DNA of 64,000 nucleotides from Nocardioidaceae bacterium (GCA_009780515.1 WQZX01000004.1:4696-68695), one strand, 5' to 3'; shown: positions 51,457 to 60,848, numbered from the stretch's first letter. Translations and numbers: made by a program. The notes: generated by a model from the letters alone, not told the origin.

Positions 51457-51900
51457 TCAGTCGGACTGGGCGAGGCGCTGCAGGATCGGCGCCGCGCGGC
51501 GCAGGGCCTCGCGGTCGTCGGCGCTCAGGGCCGCCAGCCGCACGGCCAGCCACTCGTCGCGGCGGGCCCGGTCGGCGAGCACGGCGGCGCGCCCCTGCTC
51601 GGTGAGCCGTACGACGACCTGCCGGCCGTCGGTGGGATGAGGGGTGCGCTCGACGTACCCGTCGGTGACGAGGCAGTTGACCGTGCGGGTCATGCTCGGC
51701 GGCTGGACCCGCTCGCGGGCGGCCAGCGCACCGAGGGTCATCTCCCCCTCGCGGAACAGCCCGCCCATCACGGCCATCGCGCCGATGCTCAGGTCGTTGC
51801 GCGGATCGCGCTCGGCGATCAGGCGGCGACGGAGCCGCATGACGCCGAGGCGCAGCTCGCCGGCGAGACCGGCCGACGCACGGGTGCTTCCTGAAGACAT
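51457..51900 (-). CDS. MarR family transcriptional regulator
   Basis: The wHTH region reads LSIGAMAVMGGLFREGEMTLGALAARERVQPPSMTRTVNCLVTDGYVER. ATG 51900 is preferred, because ATG 51918 sits in the centre of the operator-like palindrome. Confidence 0.85.
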   Translation of the reverse strand: MSSGSTRASAGLAGELRLGVMRLRRRLIAERDPRNDLSIGAMAVMGGLFREGEMTLGALAARERVQPPSMTRTVNCLVTDGYVERTPHPTDGRQVVVRLTEQGRAAVLADRARRDEWLAVRLAALSADDREALRRAAPILQRLAQSD

Positions 51901-51904
51901 GTCC

Positions 51905-51930
51905 TTAGCATAACTCATTAGTTCTGCTAA
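51905..51930. promoter_or_regulatory. AT-rich 26-nt near-perfect palindrome (candidate MarR operator)
   Basis: TTAGCATAACT-catt-AGTTCTGCTAA, with 10 of 11 arm positions complementary. It is a conspicuous low-GC patch directly upstream of the marR-MFS operon. Confidence 0.6.
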
Positions 51931-51998
51931 CTATTCCTGACGAAGGAGACCACCTGCCCGGATCGGGGCGGGGTGGCCTCAGCGGTGCGTACGACGGA

Positions 51999-53462
51999 TC
52001 AGGTGAGCCAGCCGGTGATCGGGTGGATCGCGAAGTAGACGACGAACAGCGCGGCCACCACCCAGAGCAGCGGGTGCACCTCGCGGGTCTTGCCCTTGAC
52101 CAGCTTGATCAGCGCGTAGGACACGAACCCGGCGCCGATGCCGACGGTGATCGAGTAGGTGAACGGCATCAGCACGATGGTCAGGAACGCCGGGATCGCG
52201 ATCTCCAGGTCGTCCCAGGCGATGCCCTTGACCTGCTGCATCATCAAGAAGCCGACCAGGACGAGCGCGGGCACGGCCGCCTCGCTCGGGATGACGTCGA
52301 CCAGGGCGGTCAGCGGCATGGCGAGCAGGAACAGCAGGCCGGTGACGATCGAGGCCAGGCCCGTGCGGGCACCCTCGCCCACGCCCGAGGCGGACTCGAT
52401 GAACGCGGTGTTCGAGGAGACGCCGCCGACACCGCCGGCCGACGCGGCCAGCGCGTCGACGACCAGGATCCGGCCGCCGCGCGGCGGCATCCCGCTCTCG
52501 TCGAGCAGGCCGGCCTCGGCGCCGATCGCGGTCATGGTGCCGAGCAGGTCGAAGAAGTCGGCCAGCACGAGGGTGAACAGCAGCAGGATCGCGGTGACGA
52601 CGCCGGCGTGCTGGAAGGAGCCGAGCAGGTTGAAGTGGCCGAACGTGGAGAGATCGGGGGTGCCGGCGATCTTGTGCGGCACCTTCGGGACGTTCTGGCC
52701 CCAGCCGCCAGGGTTGTTCTCCGACTTCGTGCCGAGGTGGCCGATCGACTCGACGATGATCGCGAGGACCGTCGTGGCGACGATCGAGATCAGGATCGCG
52801 CCCTTGACCCGCCGCACCCACAGCACGACGACGAGCGCGAGGCCGATCAGGAAGGTGAAGACCGGCCAGCCGGTCAGCGTGCCGGTCGCGCCGAGCTGGA
52901 CCGGCTGGCCGACCCCGCCCCCGACGAAGCCGGCGTCGACGAAGCCGATGAGCGCGATGAACAGGCCGATGCCGACCGAGATCGCGACCTTGATCTCCGG
53001 CGGGACCGCGCGGAACACGGCCTTCCGGAAGCCGGTGAGGACCAGCACCAGGATGATCAGGCCCTCGATGACCACCAGGCCCATCGCGTCGGCCCAGGTC
53101 ATCTGGCTGGCGACCGAGAACGCGATGAAGGCGTTCAGGCCCAGGCCGGTGGCGATGGCGAGCGGGAAGTTCGCGACCAGGCCCATCACGATCGACATCA
53201 CGCCCGCGACCAGGGCGGTGCCGGCAGCGACCGCCGCGAGGTTGGCGCCGTGCGGGCCCGACCCGCCGCCGAGGTAGTGGCCGGTCGCGTCCTCGACCCC
53301 GCCGATGATGAACGGGTTCAGCGCGATGATGTAGGACATCGTGAAGAACGTGACGATGCCGCCACGGATCTCCCGGCCCACGGTCGAGCCGCGCTGGTGG
53401 ATGTGGAAGAAGCGCTCGAGCCGCCCTGCGTCGTGCGGCACTGCGGTGTTGGTGGAGCTCAC
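51999..53462 (-). CDS. NCS2 family (AzgA-like) purine permease
   Basis: LERFFHIHQRGSTVGREIRGGIVTFFTMSYII...; about 12-13 TM segments; GTG start. Confidence 0.9.
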   Translation of the reverse strand: MSSTNTAVPHDAGRLERFFHIHQRGSTVGREIRGGIVTFFTMSYIIALNPFIIGGVEDATGHYLGGGSGPHGANLAAVAAGTALVAGVMSIVMGLVANFPLAIATGLGLNAFIAFSVASQMTWADAMGLVVIEGLIILVLVLTGFRKAVFRAVPPEIKVAISVGIGLFIALIGFVDAGFVGGGVGQPVQLGATGTLTGWPVFTFLIGLALVVVLWVRRVKGAILISIVATTVLAIIVESIGHLGTKSENNPGGWGQNVPKVPHKIAGTPDLSTFGHFNLLGSFQHAGVVTAILLLFTLVLADFFDLLGTMTAIGAEAGLLDESGMPPRGGRILVVDALAASAGGVGGVSSNTAFIESASGVGEGARTGLASIVTGLLFLLAMPLTALVDVIPSEAAVPALVLVGFLMMQQVKGIAWDDLEIAIPAFLTIVLMPFTYSITVGIGAGFVSYALIKLVKGKTREVHPLLWVVAALFVVYFAIHPITGWLT

Positions 53463-53473
53463 GAGGCAGCAGC

Positions 53474-53824
53474 ATGTCAGCCCCGACGTACGACGGCGAC
53501 CCGTTCGGGTTGCGGGCTGGTAACGTTCTGGTCGTGGACCTCCGTGACGACCAGGCGACGCAGCACGAGATCGGGAGCCGGACCTACGTGATCGCGCCGG
53601 TCGAGCCGCTCGACGTCGACGGCGTACGGACCGTCCAGGTCGGGACGGCCGTCTTCGCGCTGGCGTTCCTCGCGCTGCTGCCGTTCTACGGACGGCTCCA
53701 GTCCGGCGGCGACACGTGGCTGCTGTGGACGTGCCTCGCCGGCGTGGGCCTCGGCCTGCTCGGCCTGGAGTACTGCAAGCGGCGGCGGATCACCCGCGCC
53801 CGGCGCGACGGCCGGGATGCCTGA
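53474..53824 (+). CDS. DUF2530 small membrane protein (start uncertain; GTG 53588 equally plausible)
   Basis: The C-terminal two-TM core (VQVGTAVFALAFLALLP...WLLWTCLAGVGLGLLGLEY) is followed by a basic tail. The listed start lies only 11 nt from the divergent permease start. Confidence 0.6.
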   Translation: MSAPTYDGDPFGLRAGNVLVVDLRDDQATQHEIGSRTYVIAPVEPLDVDGVRTVQVGTAVFALAFLALLPFYGRLQSGGDTWLLWTCLAGVGLGLLGLEYCKRRRITRARRDGRDA

Positions 53825-54440
53825 GACGCCCCTGCCGGCCACCCGTTGGGCCGCCGCCGGCGGTGGCGCCGACAGCGGCTACGCGACGCGCTTCGCCCAG
53901 CTCGTCGCCGACGGCGACGACGTGTACGGCGAGGGGCGGCTGGCCGACGTGCTGGTCGGCCGCGGCGCGCGAATCCTCGACGTCGGGTCGGGCATGGGCC
54001 GGATCGCGGCCTACCTCCGAGGCTGCGGGCACGACGTCGTCGCGGCCGAGCCGGACCCGGCACTCGTGGAGCAGTCGCAGGCGACGTACCCGGAGCTGGA
54101 GGTCCTCCCCCACCAGATCCTGGAGCTGACGCCCGAGCTCGTGGGCGCTCCCGTCGACCTGGTGGTGTGCGTCGGCAACGTGATGCCCTACGTCGCCGCC
54201 GGGACCGAGGTCGCCTGCCTCGCCAGGCTGCGGTCGCTGCTCGCCCCCGCCGGCCGGATCCTGGTCGGCTTCCACCTCCGCCAGGGCCCCTCGACCGCGC
54301 GGGTCTACACGCCCGAGGAGTTCGTCGAGGAGGTCGAGACAGCCGGTCTCGCCGTCCAGCACCGGTTCGGCGGGTATGCGCTGGAGCCGGCGAACGACGA
54401 GTACGCCGTCTGGGTGCTGGGCGAGCAACGCCCCGGGTGA
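53817..54440 (+). CDS. Class I SAM-dependent methyltransferase
   Basis: Contains the ILDVGSGMGR motif I. It overlaps the upstream gene by 8 nt. Confidence 0.8.
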   Translation: MPETPLPATRWAAAGGGADSGYATRFAQLVADGDDVYGEGRLADVLVGRGARILDVGSGMGRIAAYLRGCGHDVVAAEPDPALVEQSQATYPELEVLPHQILELTPELVGAPVDLVVCVGNVMPYVAAGTEVACLARLRSLLAPAGRILVGFHLRQGPSTARVYTPEEFVEEVETAGLAVQHRFGGYALEPANDEYAVWVLGEQRPG

Positions 54441-54532
54441 GATTCACTGGGTTCCCAGTGAAATACCGACTTTTGCCGGGAAGTTTTCGTCCACAGGTCG
54501 GTAATTCACTGGGTTCCCAGTGAATTACCGAC
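54441..54532. repeat. Twin-hairpin palindromic element, copy 2
   Basis: TTCACTGGG-tt-CCCAGTGAA (54443-54462), then GTCGGTAATTCACTGGG-tt-CCCAGTGAATTACCGAC (54497-54532; 17-bp perfect arms). The 33 nt between CCCAGTGAAATACC and GTAATTCACTGGG match the spacing in copy 1. It fills the gap between convergent genes. Confidence 0.8.
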
Positions 54533-54534
54533 CC

Positions 54535-55335
54535 TCAGAAGAGGTCGAGCTCGTCGGTCGCGATGGTGTCGAGCACCGGCGGCGCCGGCGGGACGGGCTG
54601 CTGACGCTTGCTGAGACGGACCTCGGAGTGGGCGCCGCAGCCGTGACCGAAGGCGACGACACGGCCGTCGTCGTTGGCGTCGCCGTTGGCGCAGACACCG
54701 AACTCACGTGACAGCGGGCCGGCGAGGCGGACCAGGAAGCCGCAGGTGAAGCACTGCTCGGGCGCCGACTTGGCCAGCGCCGAGTCGGGACCGGCCTCGC
54801 CGTCGTACCAGCGCTCGGCGGCGGCGTCGCGGCCCTCGACGGACAGCGTGCGGGAGCGGCCGAGGCCGAGGTCCTTGGCGACCTCGCGGATCTGGGCCTT
54901 GTCGTCGGCGTCGAGCGGGTCGTCGCCGAAGGAGTACGTCGGGACGAGCCGCGGGTCCTCGTCGGAGACCGGCAGGAGGTCGCCCGGCGAGAGGTCGCCG
55001 GAGCGGATGCGCTCGCGGTAGGGCACCCAGGCGGGCGCGGTGATCGCGTTGTCGCCGGGCAGCAGCACCGTCTCGACGACGGTGACCTTGCGCTGCCGGC
55101 TGGCGCGGGTGAGCGTGACGGCCCAGTGCCAGCCGACGTACCCCTTGCGGGTGCAGGCGAACTGGTGGGTCGTCATCCGCGGGCCGTCGACCGAGTGGCC
55201 GAGGTGCTCGCCCACGTCGCTCGCCGGGACGTCCGCCAGCAGGGCGTCGCGCGCGACGTCGACCGCGGCGACCGTGGCCGCGTCCGGCTTCTCTGCCTTG
55301 CGCTCGAGGATCGACACGCGCACAGCATCCCCCAT
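54535..55335 (-). CDS. DUF3027 domain protein
   Basis: This is the tail of listed ORF 54535..56646. It has a Cys-rich C-terminus (CFTCGF...CANGD...GHGCGAHSE) and sits in the conserved position next to the cold-shock gene. Confidence 0.7.
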   Translation of the reverse strand: MGDAVRVSILERKAEKPDAATVAAVDVARDALLADVPASDVGEHLGHSVDGPRMTTHQFACTRKGYVGWHWAVTLTRASRQRKVTVVETVLLPGDNAITAPAWVPYRERIRSGDLSPGDLLPVSDEDPRLVPTYSFGDDPLDADDKAQIREVAKDLGLGRSRTLSVEGRDAAAERWYDGEAGPDSALAKSAPEQCFTCGFLVRLAGPLSREFGVCANGDANDDGRVVAFGHGCGAHSEVRLSKRQQPVPPAPPVLDTIATDELDLF

Positions 55336-55380
55336 CGGACCGGCCCGCGTCACGTCGGGGTCTGCGGGCAAGATAGGAGC

Positions 55381-56844
55381 GTGCAACCCGCCGACCCGAA
55401 CCTGCCCCCCGCGCCAGGAGCGCAGGACGGGGCGGGCTCGCAGCGCGCGGCGGACGCCGCCGGCGGGGCCGAGCACGGACGGCACGGCGCGGCCGTCGGG
55501 CACAGCATCGGCACCGGCGCCCGCGCCACCGGACGCGGGATCCGGCGCGCGGCCTCCGCGACCGGTCGCTTCGGTCGCTACACCGCGCACCAGGCGCGCA
55601 AGGCGGCCGACGCCCAGGGCGCCGACCAGTCCGGCCTCAACCGGCTGATCGAGGTCGCCGCGGCGAACGCCGCCGGCGACGCGGCCGTGGCGATCGCGCT
55701 GGCCGGCACCGTCTTCTTCAGCGGCGCGACCAGCGGCGCACGCGGCCCGGTCGCACTCTTCCTCTTCCTGACGATGCTGCCGTTCGCGATCGTCGCGCCG
55801 CTGATCGGGCCGTTCCTCGACCGCTTCAGCAACGGCCGCCGCTGGGCCATCGGCACGACCTTCGCGCTCCGCGCATTCCTGTGCTGGGTGCTCGCCGGCG
55901 CGATCGCGAACAACTCCGCCTGGCTCTACCCGGCCGCCCTCGGCGTGCTCGTCTCCTCGAAGGCGTACGGCGCAGCGAAGGCCGCCGCCGTGCCCCGCCT
56001 GCTGCCGACCGAGATCACCCTCGTCAAGGCGAACAGCCGGGTCGCGCTCGCGGGTCTCGTCGGCGTCGCGATCTCGGCGCCGCTCGCGGGTCTGGCGTCG
56101 CTGGCCGGGCCGGAGTGGGACCTCCGCTACGCGTTCCTGGTCTTCGTCGTGGGCACCGTGCTGGCGATCCGCCTGCCGGCGCGTGTCGACTCCAACGCCG
56201 GCGAGACGAAGGTGACCCACACCAAGCAGGGCAAGGGGACCAAGCGGCGCCGCGGGGTGCCGCAGGCGGTGGCGTTCGCGCTGCGGGTCAACTGCGGGCC
56301 GCGCTGGCTCTCGGGCTTCTTGACGATGTACCTCGCTTTCCTGCTGCGCGCCGAGCCGATCCCGGGCTGGGAGCACCGGACCACGATGCTGATCGGTGTC
56401 GTCATCGGCGCCGCCGGCCTGGGCAACGCGCTCGGCATCGTGCTCGCCTCGCTCGCGCGCAAGATCAAGCCCGCGGTGACGGTCGTCGGCGCACTGGCCG
56501 CCGACGTCGCGGTCGCGGTGGTGGCCGCGCTCTTCTACAGCCTGCCGGCGCTCGTCCTGCTCGGCGTGGCCGCCGGCCTGACGCAGTACCTCGCGCGGGT
56601 CTCGCTGGACTCGACGATCCAGACCGACGTACCCGCCCACGCCCACGCCAGCGCGTTCGCGCGTGCGGACACGACGCTGCAGTTCGCCTGGGTGCTCGGC
56701 GGCTTCGTCGGCATCGCGATGCCGTGGTGGCCACGGTTCGGCCTCGGCGCGGCGGCGGCCGTGCTCCTCGCGTGGGCGGTGTTCACGGTCGTGCTGCCGC
56801 GGGTCACCCGGGGGCGCGAGGCGACGCCCGGGGTGCCGGTCTGA
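55381..56844 (+). CDS. MFS-type membrane transporter
   Basis: Arg/Gly-rich cytoplasmic N-terminus followed by ~12 TM segments (FLFLTMLPFAIVAPLIGPFLDRF...). The GTG start at 55381 is tentative. Confidence 0.65.
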   Translation: MQPADPNLPPAPGAQDGAGSQRAADAAGGAEHGRHGAAVGHSIGTGARATGRGIRRAASATGRFGRYTAHQARKAADAQGADQSGLNRLIEVAAANAAGDAAVAIALAGTVFFSGATSGARGPVALFLFLTMLPFAIVAPLIGPFLDRFSNGRRWAIGTTFALRAFLCWVLAGAIANNSAWLYPAALGVLVSSKAYGAAKAAAVPRLLPTEITLVKANSRVALAGLVGVAISAPLAGLASLAGPEWDLRYAFLVFVVGTVLAIRLPARVDSNAGETKVTHTKQGKGTKRRRGVPQAVAFALRVNCGPRWLSGFLTMYLAFLLRAEPIPGWEHRTTMLIGVVIGAAGLGNALGIVLASLARKIKPAVTVVGALAADVAVAVVAALFYSLPALVLLGVAAGLTQYLARVSLDSTIQTDVPAHAHASAFARADTTLQFAWVLGGFVGIAMPWWPRFGLGAAAAVLLAWAVFTVVLPRVTRGREATPGVPV

Positions 56845-56865
56845 CGAAGGGCCGTCGGCCCCGCG

Positions 56866-57261
56866 TCAGCTCTCGAGCTCGTCGGCGAGCGCGCGCAGGA
56901 GCTTGGCCACCGGCGCCGCCGTACGACGGTCGGGCTGGCGGCCGTGGCGATAGGCCTCGCCCACGCCGTCGAGCAGGCGGATCAGGTCCTCGACGATCGG
57001 GACCATCTCCTCGGGCTTCTTGCGCTTGGCCTGGGCACGGTTGCGACTGACCGAGGCGGGCGCGTCGAGCACCTTCACCTGCAGCGCCTGGTCGCCGCGG
57101 CGCCCCTGGGCGATGCCGAACTCGACGCGGGTGCCGGCCTTGAGGGTCGAGACGCCCTCGGGCAGCGCGTCGGAGTGGACGTAGACGTCCGGTCCGTCGG
57201 GCTGGGACAGGAAGCCGAAGCCCTTCTCGGCGTCGTACCACTTCACCTTGCCAGTCGGCAC
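56866..57261 (-). CDS. Cold-shock domain protein with C-terminal extension
   Basis: From GTG 57261 the protein reads (M)PTGKVKWYDAEKGFGFLSQPDGPDVYVH... Confidence 0.85.
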   Translation of the reverse strand: MPTGKVKWYDAEKGFGFLSQPDGPDVYVHSDALPEGVSTLKAGTRVEFGIAQGRRGDQALQVKVLDAPASVSRNRAQAKRKKPEEMVPIVEDLIRLLDGVGEAYRHGRQPDRRTAAPVAKLLRALADELES

Positions 57262-57340
57262 GGCTCGACCTTCCTGCTCGGAGCGGGCGGCGGCGAGGAC
57301 CACCGCGCCCGCAAAGCCTAGGACATCGCCGCGAGCAGGC

Positions 57341-58414
57341 TCAGGACTCCCTGGTCACCTGCATGGTGCGGTCGCCGAAGCGCACGAGGTCGCCGTCGAT
57401 CAGCGTGCTCGGCCGGCCCGGGTTGAGCGGACGCGAGTGGCCGCGGCGTACGACGAAGGAGCCGTTGGTCGAGCCACGGTCCATCACCACCAGGGCACCG
57501 TCGGGCGCGACCTGGAACTGGGCGTGCGTCTTGGACAGGGACATGTCGGAGGAGCGGAGGGCGACGACGTGGCGGACCGGCTCGCCCGGCCGCGGCTCGG
57601 GTCGCCGGCCCACGATGGCCAGGCCCTCCACCGGGAACGTCTCGCCGGTGTCGAAGGTGACCCGCCAGGTCTGGGCCGGAGGCGCCGCGTGCCGTGCGGG
57701 AGGAGCGGAGGGTGCCGGCGGTGTCGGCGGCGTCGGGACAGGAGCCGGAGGAGCCGGTGGAGCCGGGGCGGGTGGCTGCGGCGCAGGAGGCACCGGAGCC
57801 ACCGGGACGGCCGGGGCGGACGCGGGGATCGGGGTCGGGGTGACGAGCGCGGCCGGAGGAACGGGGTCGGGGTCCGGCAGCAGGCGCAGCGCGGTCAGGT
57901 TGACGACCGGACGGGGTCCGGCCTCCTGCGCGACGTCGGCCGCCACCGGACGAGGACGGACGTCGACGACCATCGCGTCGCCGATCCGGTCGTGGACCGA
58001 CCGGCGCCGACCCTCGGGATCGGCGAGGGCGGTCCACGCGAGCGTCGCGCCGCCGAGGCCCAGCGTGGGCAGGCCGCCGACGCCGAGGGCTGCGGTGCGC
58101 AGCAGCGCGGGGCCGACGCCGATGGGTCGCGCGTCGGACCGGCGTACGACGCGCAGGCCGAAGACCGCCTTGCCGGGCGTGATCCCGGCGGTGCCGACGG
58201 CGATCGCGGTCGCCACCCCGAGAACCAGCACGACCGCGACGAAGGTGGCGATCGCCGCCCAGAGGTGCGGCACGAGCAGCCACCACACCAGCGCCGCGAC
58301 GGCGGCCGCGGTCCCCCAGCAGATGGCTCGGTCGAGGAGGTAGGCCAGGAACCGTGGCTCCATCTCCGCCACGGCCAGGTCGGCCGGAGCGGACGACTCG
58401 GCCGCGTGGGACAT
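57341..58414 (-). CDS. RDD-family membrane domain + Pro-rich linker + C-terminal FHA domain protein
   Basis: RDD-like N-terminus (RFLAYLLDRAI...HDRIGDAMVV) and a C-terminal FHA domain (IVGRRPEP...SKTHAQF...MDRGSTNGSFV). Confidence 0.8.
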   Translation of the reverse strand: MSHAAESSAPADLAVAEMEPRFLAYLLDRAICWGTAAAVAALVWWLLVPHLWAAIATFVAVVLVLGVATAIAVGTAGITPGKAVFGLRVVRRSDARPIGVGPALLRTAALGVGGLPTLGLGGATLAWTALADPEGRRRSVHDRIGDAMVVDVRPRPVAADVAQEAGPRPVVNLTALRLLPDPDPVPPAALVTPTPIPASAPAVPVAPVPPAPQPPAPAPPAPPAPVPTPPTPPAPSAPPARHAAPPAQTWRVTFDTGETFPVEGLAIVGRRPEPRPGEPVRHVVALRSSDMSLSKTHAQFQVAPDGALVVMDRGSTNGSFVVRRGHSRPLNPGRPSTLIDGDLVRFGDRTMQVTRES

Positions 58415-58440
58415 GGGACGACTTCCCGAGACGTCGCCGG

Positions 58441-60021
58441 CTACGGCCGGGTGACCTGGATGGTGATCCCGTCACCGAGGTTGATGATCGCCCCGGGGAC
58501 GAGCGGCACGGCGATGCCGGGCTTGAGGTCCTCCGGGCCGATGCCGGGCTGGACAAGCACGGTGCCGTTGGTCGAGCCCATGTCGGTCACGACGGCCGTG
58601 CCCTGGTCGGCGCCGGTGCCGGGGCGCACCTCCACGTGGGTCGAGGAGATCTCGTGCAGCCGGCTCGGCACCGTCACGAGCACGGGCTGCTCGGTCGAGG
58701 TGAACCGGCGCGCCTCGGGCGCGCGGCCGACCAGGACGACCTTGTCCACGAGGACGGTCTGGCCGTCGGAGACCAGCAGCTTGGCGACCGGGCCGGCACC
58801 GGACGGGACCGGCGGCGCGACGGCGGCCGCGTCGCCCTGGTCCCACGAGCCGACGGGCAGCGGAGGCGGGGGCGGGTCTGCGACCGAGCCACCGCTCGGC
58901 GGCGGGAAGCCGGGCGCGAAGCCCGCGGACGGGGCCGGCGGCTGGGTGTCGCCGTCGACAGCGGAGGGTACGACGGGCGACTGGTCCCACGGCGTCACCC
59001 AGCCCGCCGGGGCCGGGTCGGCCGGCGCCGGATCCGGCTGGTCGCCGGTCTGGTCGCCGGTCTGATCGCCGGTCTGGTCGCCGGTCTGATCGCCGCCGGC
59101 GGGCTGCTCGGGCGGCTGCGGGGCCGACTGGGCCGGCAGCGGGTCGGTCAGCGGGTCGTTCGCGAACGTCGGCTCGGTCCAGCCGTCGTTGTCCAGCGGC
59201 GAGTCCTCCTGGGGCGGCTGGTCGACGCTGTCGGGCGCGTCAGCCGGGCCCTGGGCACCGGGCAGGTCGATCAGCTCGGTCTGCTGGTCCGCGGGCACCT
59301 CCTCGGCGTCCGCCGGCTCCTCGCTCCCCTCGGCCGGTACGTCGTCCTCGGCCGGTTCGTCCGCCGCGACGGCGGCCGCACCGATCCCGGCGGCGCCGAT
59401 CCCGGCCGCACCCACGGCGACCGGCGCGACGAGGGGCACGTCGGCGGCGCCTCCCGCGACGTCGGCGGGCTCGGCGGCCGGCTCCGCCGCGTGCTGGGCC
59501 ACCGGCTCGGCGGCGGGGGCCGCCGGTGCCGCGGTCACGGCGGGGCGGTCGATGCGGGCGACGCGGACCAGGCCCGTCGGGATGGCGAAGTCGTCGCCGC
59601 CCGTCTCGTCCTCGACGTGGACGGTGAGGGCGGTGACGCCCTCGATCGTCTGGTCGGACCAGATGGTGCCGCCGGTGGCGCCGTCGAGGCTGACCTCGCC
59701 CTCCGTCGCGGTCGCCGTCGCGGACACACCGGAGCCGCGGAGCAGCAGCCGGGTCGGGCCGCTGCCGGTGCTGACCAGCACGAAGCCGGGCAGGCGGCTC
59801 AGGCCGGAGGCCAGCAGCGCGTCCAGCACCTCGTCGAACGCGCCGCCACCGTCGACCAGCGACCAGAGCGCACCGACGTGCTCCTTCTGGGCGGCCGGGA
59901 GGAGCACCGCGACCTCGGGGCCGAAGACGGCGTACCAGGAGCCGCTTCGGTAGGACCACAGCTGCGGGCCGGACCCCTGGGCCTGCTGGTCGACTGCGTC
60001 GGTCGTGCTCATCTCACTCAT
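58441..60021 (-). CDS. FHA domain protein with long acidic/Pro-rich linker
   Basis: C-terminal FHA domain (LVGRAPEA...SSTHVEV...TDMGSTNGTVL). ATGA overlap with the PP2C gene stop. Confidence 0.85.
   Translation of the reverse strand: MSEMSTTDAVDQQAQGSGPQLWSYRSGSWYAVFGPEVAVLLPAAQKEHVGALWSLVDGGGAFDEVLDALLASGLSRLPGFVLVSTGSGPTRLLLRGSGVSATATATEGEVSLDGATGGTIWSDQTIEGVTALTVHVEDETGGDDFAIPTGLVRVARIDRPAVTAAPAAPAAEPVAQHAAEPAAEPADVAGGAADVPLVAPVAVGAAGIGAAGIGAAAVAADEPAEDDVPAEGSEEPADAEEVPADQQTELIDLPGAQGPADAPDSVDQPPQEDSPLDNDGWTEPTFANDPLTDPLPAQSAPQPPEQPAGGDQTGDQTGDQTGDQTGDQPDPAPADPAPAGWVTPWDQSPVVPSAVDGDTQPPAPSAGFAPGFPPPSGGSVADPPPPPLPVGSWDQGDAAAVAPPVPSGAGPVAKLLVSDGQTVLVDKVVLVGRAPEARRFTSTEQPVLVTVPSRLHEISSTHVEVRPGTGADQGTAVVTDMGSTNGTVLVQPGIGPEDLKPGIAVPLVPGAIINLGDGITIQVTRP
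59038..59097 (-). repeat. In-frame 12-nt tandem repeat x5 (encodes GDQT x4 + GDQP)
   Basis: The plus strand reads CTGGTCGCCGGT CTGGTCGCCGGT CTGATCGCCGGT CTGGTCGCCGGT CTGATCGCCGCC. Confidence 0.9.
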
Positions 60022-60848
60022 GGGAGTGCTCCCAGCTTCTCCTCCAGACTCAGGCGCTGCGCGTCCGAGTCGTACGTCGTCTCGTGGGCCAATCCCACCA
60101 CATCGACGACCACTGCCGTCGCGTTGTCACGTCCACCGGCCGTCACCGCGGCCGCGACGAGCTGCTCAGCGGCATCTCGCGGGTCGCCCGTGCGGCCGAG
60201 GATCTGCTCGATCAGGGCGTCGTCGACCATGCCCGAGACGCCGTCGGAGCAGAGCAGCACCCGCTCGGCGCTGGACAGCGGGATGGAGAAGTAGTCGGCC
60301 TCCCCGTTGGTCGTGACGCCCAGCGCCCGCGTGATGACGTTGCGGCTGGGATGACCGTCGGCCTGCTGGCGGGTGATCCGCCCCGAGTCGATCAGCTCCT
60401 GGACCACCGAGTGGTCCACGCTGACCTGCTCCAGCCGGCCTTCGTTGAACTTGTAGATGCGCGAGTCGCCGACGTTCGCGAGCAGCCACCGCGCCACGGG
60501 CGCGTGCTCGAGCATCATCGCGACCACCGCCGTGGTTCCGGCGGCGGAGCTCGCGTTGCCGGCGGCCCGCTCCTGGGCGTCGTACGACGCGATCCGGGCC
60601 TGGACCCTGCGGAACGTCGCGGCGACCGCGGTCACGCAGGCCTCGTCGTCGAGACCGTCGATGCCGTCCTCGGCGAGCCGGGCGAACTCCTCGACCACGA
60701 ACCGGCTGGCGACGTCGCCGTGGTCGTGGCCGCCCATGCCGTCGGCGACGACGAAGACGGGCGGCGCGGCGAGGTAGGAGTCCTCGTTCGCGGAGCGCAC
60801 GAGGCCCACGTCGGTGGCGGCGCCGTGGTGGAGCTCGACCCGGCTCAT
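60018..60848 (-). CDS. PP2C-family Ser/Thr phosphatase
   Basis: Contains RSANEDSY, VADGMGGHDHGDVAS, LCSDGVSG and GGRDNATAVVVDV. The start is ATG 60848 or 60860. Confidence 0.9.
   Translation of the reverse strand: MSRVELHHGAATDVGLVRSANEDSYLAAPPVFVVADGMGGHDHGDVASRFVVEEFARLAEDGIDGLDDEACVTAVAATFRRVQARIASYDAQERAAGNASSAAGTTAVVAMMLEHAPVARWLLANVGDSRIYKFNEGRLEQVSVDHSVVQELIDSGRITRQQADGHPSRNVITRALGVTTNGEADYFSIPLSSAERVLLCSDGVSGMVDDALIEQILGRTGDPRDAAEQLVAAAVTAGGRDNATAVVVDVVGLAHETTYDSDAQRLSLEEKLGALP

Noticed and set aside
53463-53587. Purine riboswitch upstream of the NCS2/AzgA purine permease
   Set aside because: No purine-riboswitch-like three-way junction sequence is visible, and the region is short and shared with a divergent gene. 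It needs an Rfam scan to exclude formally.
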